Assembly (NCBI GenBank): GCA_025594325.1
Contig: JANHCV010000005.1
Coordinates: 868,001-932,000, forward strand
DNA from: Blastocladiella emersonii ATCC 22665
Taxonomy: Eukaryota > Fungi > Blastocladiomycota
Direction of reading: 5' to 3'
Length of the DNA: 64,000 bases
Part shown: positions 60,468 to 64,000 of the stretch, piece by piece
Numbering within the stretch: the stretch's first letter is position 1
How the letters are laid out: every line of letters begins with the position of its first letter
Program-made: the position numbers and the translations under genes
Notes under the pieces: generated by a model
Told to the model about the DNA's origin: nothing
Databases searched by the model: none
The model's input: only the letters and a program-made list of their open reading frames with translations

Positions 60468-63400
60468 ATGAATCAACCCAGTGAAAATGACGCTAGCGGC
60501 GGTGCCGAGTCGTCCGGGCGGGCCATGCTGGTCGACGACGACCTCGGGGCGCTCGAGGCGACCGAGCAGCCTGACCTGACCGTCGAGAAGGTCCTCGCGT
60601 CCATCAAGAACGGGCTGTTTGGCGTCCTCTTCGTCGTCATCAAGGAGAGCACCGTGACGCCGTTCATGGTCGTCGTGTCCATGGTCATCGACATCTTCCA
60701 GGTCTTCTCGTTCACGTTCAACTTCAACTGGGACGCTAACACCAACTGGTTCCAGTCCGTCATCAACGGGCTCGCGCTCGACGACGCGGTGCTCCGCATG
60801 AACGGCCAAGTGTCGTTCTACCTCATGCTCTCGGTGCTCTCCATCACGTTCCTTAACGCCGCCTACGTGGGCTACTCGTTCTACCGAAATCATATTCGGT
60901 ACGCGCGCGACCGCTCGTCGTCGCCACATGGTCCCGCGTTGACTGACGCCCTTCACCTCGACCATATAGGTTCATCTGGACGCTCAAGACGCTGCGCACG
61001 CTGCTCACGCTGTGCTCGACCGTGCTCTACATCCCCATCGTGGGCGTGTTCGCCGAGAACATTGTCTCGTGCAAGGCGGCAACGGGCGAGTCTGTCTCGT
61101 GCTTCTCGGGCAACTACCTTCCAGTACGCTTTACTGCCTCGTGTACGCCCCCACCAAGGACAGACTGACTCGTACCCTCGACGTGTAGACCACCATCATC
61201 GCCATCACGCTCGGCGTCATCTTCATCATCCTGACCTTCATCGTCACAGCCACCTTCTTCGAGCAGGAGGCCGGCGGCAAGGACATTCTCGCGCGGCCGC
61301 ACGCGCGCGCCGACCTGCTGCACACGGCGATCCGGACGTACCTGACCATCATCTTCTCGGTGCTGCAGCAAAACTCGAGCCAGACGGCGGCGCTGCACTC
61401 GCTCAAGGAGTGGGAGTTGTGGCTGCTCGTCATCTCGGTCGTCGTCGGCTCGAGCGCATCAACGTTCATGTTCGCCTACTACATGCCGTACTACCGGTAC
61501 CGGTACGTGGTGCTGCAGACGGCGCTGCTCGCGGCTTGGAACTTCTCAAGCCTCGTCCTGCTCTACTGGAACATCCGGCCGAGTGCGCGCGTCGAAATGG
61601 GCATCCTCTACTTCGTGTTCGCGCCCGTCTACGTGCTCCTCGTCGTGTCGCTCCAGTTTGTTCGCCGGCGATGGCTGCTGGTCACGGACGTGCGGCAGCT
61701 GTCGGACCCGCTGTCCATCGAGCTCAAGGCGCGCATCCACCTCGAGGAGAAGGGCCTGCTGTTCAAGCTCAACGACACGCAGGTCGCCGACACAGCCGGT
61801 GCGCCGACCCCGCTCAACGACCTCGCCACGTTCGAGAAGGTCAAGGACATCAACGCCATGTGGGCCGACGCGGCGCGCCGGATGCCCGACAACGCGCTGC
61901 TGTACCTGTTCTGGGCCGAGTTCTACCTCATTACGCTGCGCAACAAGCACATGGCGCTCACGTACTACGGGCGGTCCGAGGAGAAGTCGTCGGCGCTCGA
62001 CGTGCAGTTCCTTGTATTCCGCCGCCGCAAGATCCTGTCGTCCGAGAACGCGGGCGCGGGCGACGCCATCAACCTGATCGCGTACGAGCAGCACCTCAAC
62101 ATGGCGACGCGGTACCAGTCCAACGTGACGCGGTCGCAGATCAAGTTCTGGGGCGAGCTGCTCAAGAAGACGCCCGACATGGCGCGCCTGCACGTCCTGG
62201 CCGACTCGATCTCGGACGGCATCTCCAAGGCCCAGGACAACTACATCCGCGTGCTCAAGATCAACCCGGGGTCGGCGCAGGTGCTGCGCATGTACGCCGC
62301 GTTCCTCATCGAGATCATGAACGACCACAAGAACGGGCGCGAGCTGCAGGAGCGCGCCGACGATCTTGACGAGCATGGCGAGGGCGAGGACGGTGACGGA
62401 GACGAGGAGGGCGCCGACATCGACCTGTTCAACGACCAGAACTCGGTCATCACCATCTCGGGCGCCTACGAGACGGTCGGCAAGATCCTGCACGTCAACA
62501 ACAAGGCGCTGTCGCTGCTCGGGTACCGCCGTGGCGAGCTGCTCAATCAGAACATCACCACCATCATCCCCGAACCGTTTGCCGAGCCGCACGACGCCTT
62601 CATGCGCCGGTACCTCGAGACGGGCTTCTCCAAGATCGTCGAGCGCACGCGCAAGGTCCTCGCGCGCCAGCGCACCGGCTACCTGATCCCCGTCATGCTC
62701 GCCGTCAAGCAGGTCAACCGCAACAAGACGACCGCGTTCCTCGGCGTGCTCAAGCCCCTGCACAGCGAGGAAGACTTCATCATGATGGTGCGCTAGAAGT
62801 GCCTCGGAACCGTGGTCTGCATCCGCTGACACCCTGCGTCGTGTAGGACGAGCGCGAGAACACGACGGGCTTCACCGAGGGCGTCACGAAATGGTTCCAG
62901 GTGCACCCGCGCGAGCTCGAGGGTGGCAACCTGCACATCTCGCAGATCCTGCCGCGATACCGCGAGCTGCACGAGCAGTACAAGAGCCGCAACGGCGCCA
63001 CGACCAACTTCTCGACCAAGGACGGCCGCATCCGCCAGATCGAGGTCCAGATGTCCGTGACCGAGCTCCCGCGACCCGACGGCACGGCGGGAGTGCTGCG
63101 CATGACCATGGCCGTCTTCCGCGTGAGCGAGGACGTGGTCGTCAAGTCCGAGGCCATGCTCGCCGGCGGCAGCGACAGCCAGATCCTCGAGGGCATGAGC
63201 ACGCCGGGCAGCATCGCCCACGAGAGCGTCGCGTCGACCAACCTCTCGCGCAAGCGCGACATACCCATGGGTTTCATGGACGACGCCGAGGCAGGCAGCA
63301 GCTCGTCGAGCCTGGACCGCGGCAGCGGGAGCAAGGACGGTGCCGGCGGCGGTAACGAGGGCGGCGCCGGGAAGCGTCGGCGCGCGCCGTCCGAGGCGGG

Positions 63401-64000
63401 CCAGTCGGTCGCCCGCTCGTCGCGGTCTGCGGCCAGCTCCGGCGCCAGCGGCAGCTCGCCCGAGTTCGTCAAGTCCGTGCTGATCCGCAAGAACATCATT
63501 GTGACCAAGAACCTGCGGTGGTTGAGACTCTCGTTCGTTTCGGCGATCCTGATCCTCGTCGGCCTCGCGATCCGCGGCCACCTCGTCACAATTGGGTTGT
63601 ACGAGCAGCACGCGACGCGGCTCATCCAGATCGCCAGCGAGCACACGCTCGGCCAGCTCATGATCTCGGTTGCGTACGCGGTGCGGACGCTCGACCTCGT
63701 CAACGGCGGGCAGATCGCGAGCACGGGCGCAGCGGCCGCGCGCACCTGGGCGACGGGCCAGCTCTCGACCGCGCTCGCGCAGATGCAGAACACGGTCCAG
63801 ACCCTCTCCTCATCGCTCAGCAACGACGCCTTCTACACGCAGTACTACACACTGTCCAAGGTGGCCGTATCCGAGTTCAGCGCCGCGGGCAACTCGACCG
63901 TCACGCTTGGGCTGCTCGACGCCGTCAACCGGGTCCAGTCGACCGCGTCGCTCATTCTCGCGTCGCCGACGTTCCCGCTCCAGCGGCACGTCGACTTCGT
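60468..64000 (+). CDS. TmcB/TmcC-like (tiny macrocysts) multi-pass membrane protein with a PAS domain; 3'-partial; exons 60468-60898, 60970-61123, 61189-62787, 62847->64000
   Basis: N-terminal TM bundle and TPR-like helical region, then PAS domain (ILHVNNKALSLLGYRRGELLNQNITTIIPEPFAEPHDAFMRRYLETG) and a further TM pair. Confidence 0.85.

Overview
GC-rich eukaryotic nuclear DNA with short GT-AG introns (GTACGC-type donors, CTGAC/CTAAC branch points). It is most likely from an early-diverging (zoosporic) fungus; that assignment is inference. Conserved genes alternate with accessory blocks. The conserved genes are an SLC10A7/RCH1-like transporter (first exon), GAPDH, Bax inhibitor-1 family, an amidohydrolase, WSS1, an ABCC transporter, a 7TM protein, a PAS-kinase-like kinase, UTP5, cyclin L and a TmcB-like PAS protein. 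The accessory block at 4.2-19.8 kb holds an intron-containing tandem HNH-like/NUMOD1-like gene and its decayed paralog, a PIF1/Helitron helicase relic, a 26-bp minisatellite, MITE-like elements and a Myb/SANT-like exon. It also holds the 3' end of a Fanzor/TnpB-like element (C-x5-RDTNAALNIL plus a structured 3' tail) inserted in an F-box-like gene relic. About ten members of an expanded F-box-like/ankyrin-like family are spread over 12-16, 31-40 and 51-60 kb. A 5,601-bp apparently identical inverted repeat (31123-36723 / 54700-60300), embedded in older diverged inverted homology, brackets an 18-kb segment. No rRNA, tRNA or CRISPR array was seen. All calls are by eye; no database search was run.
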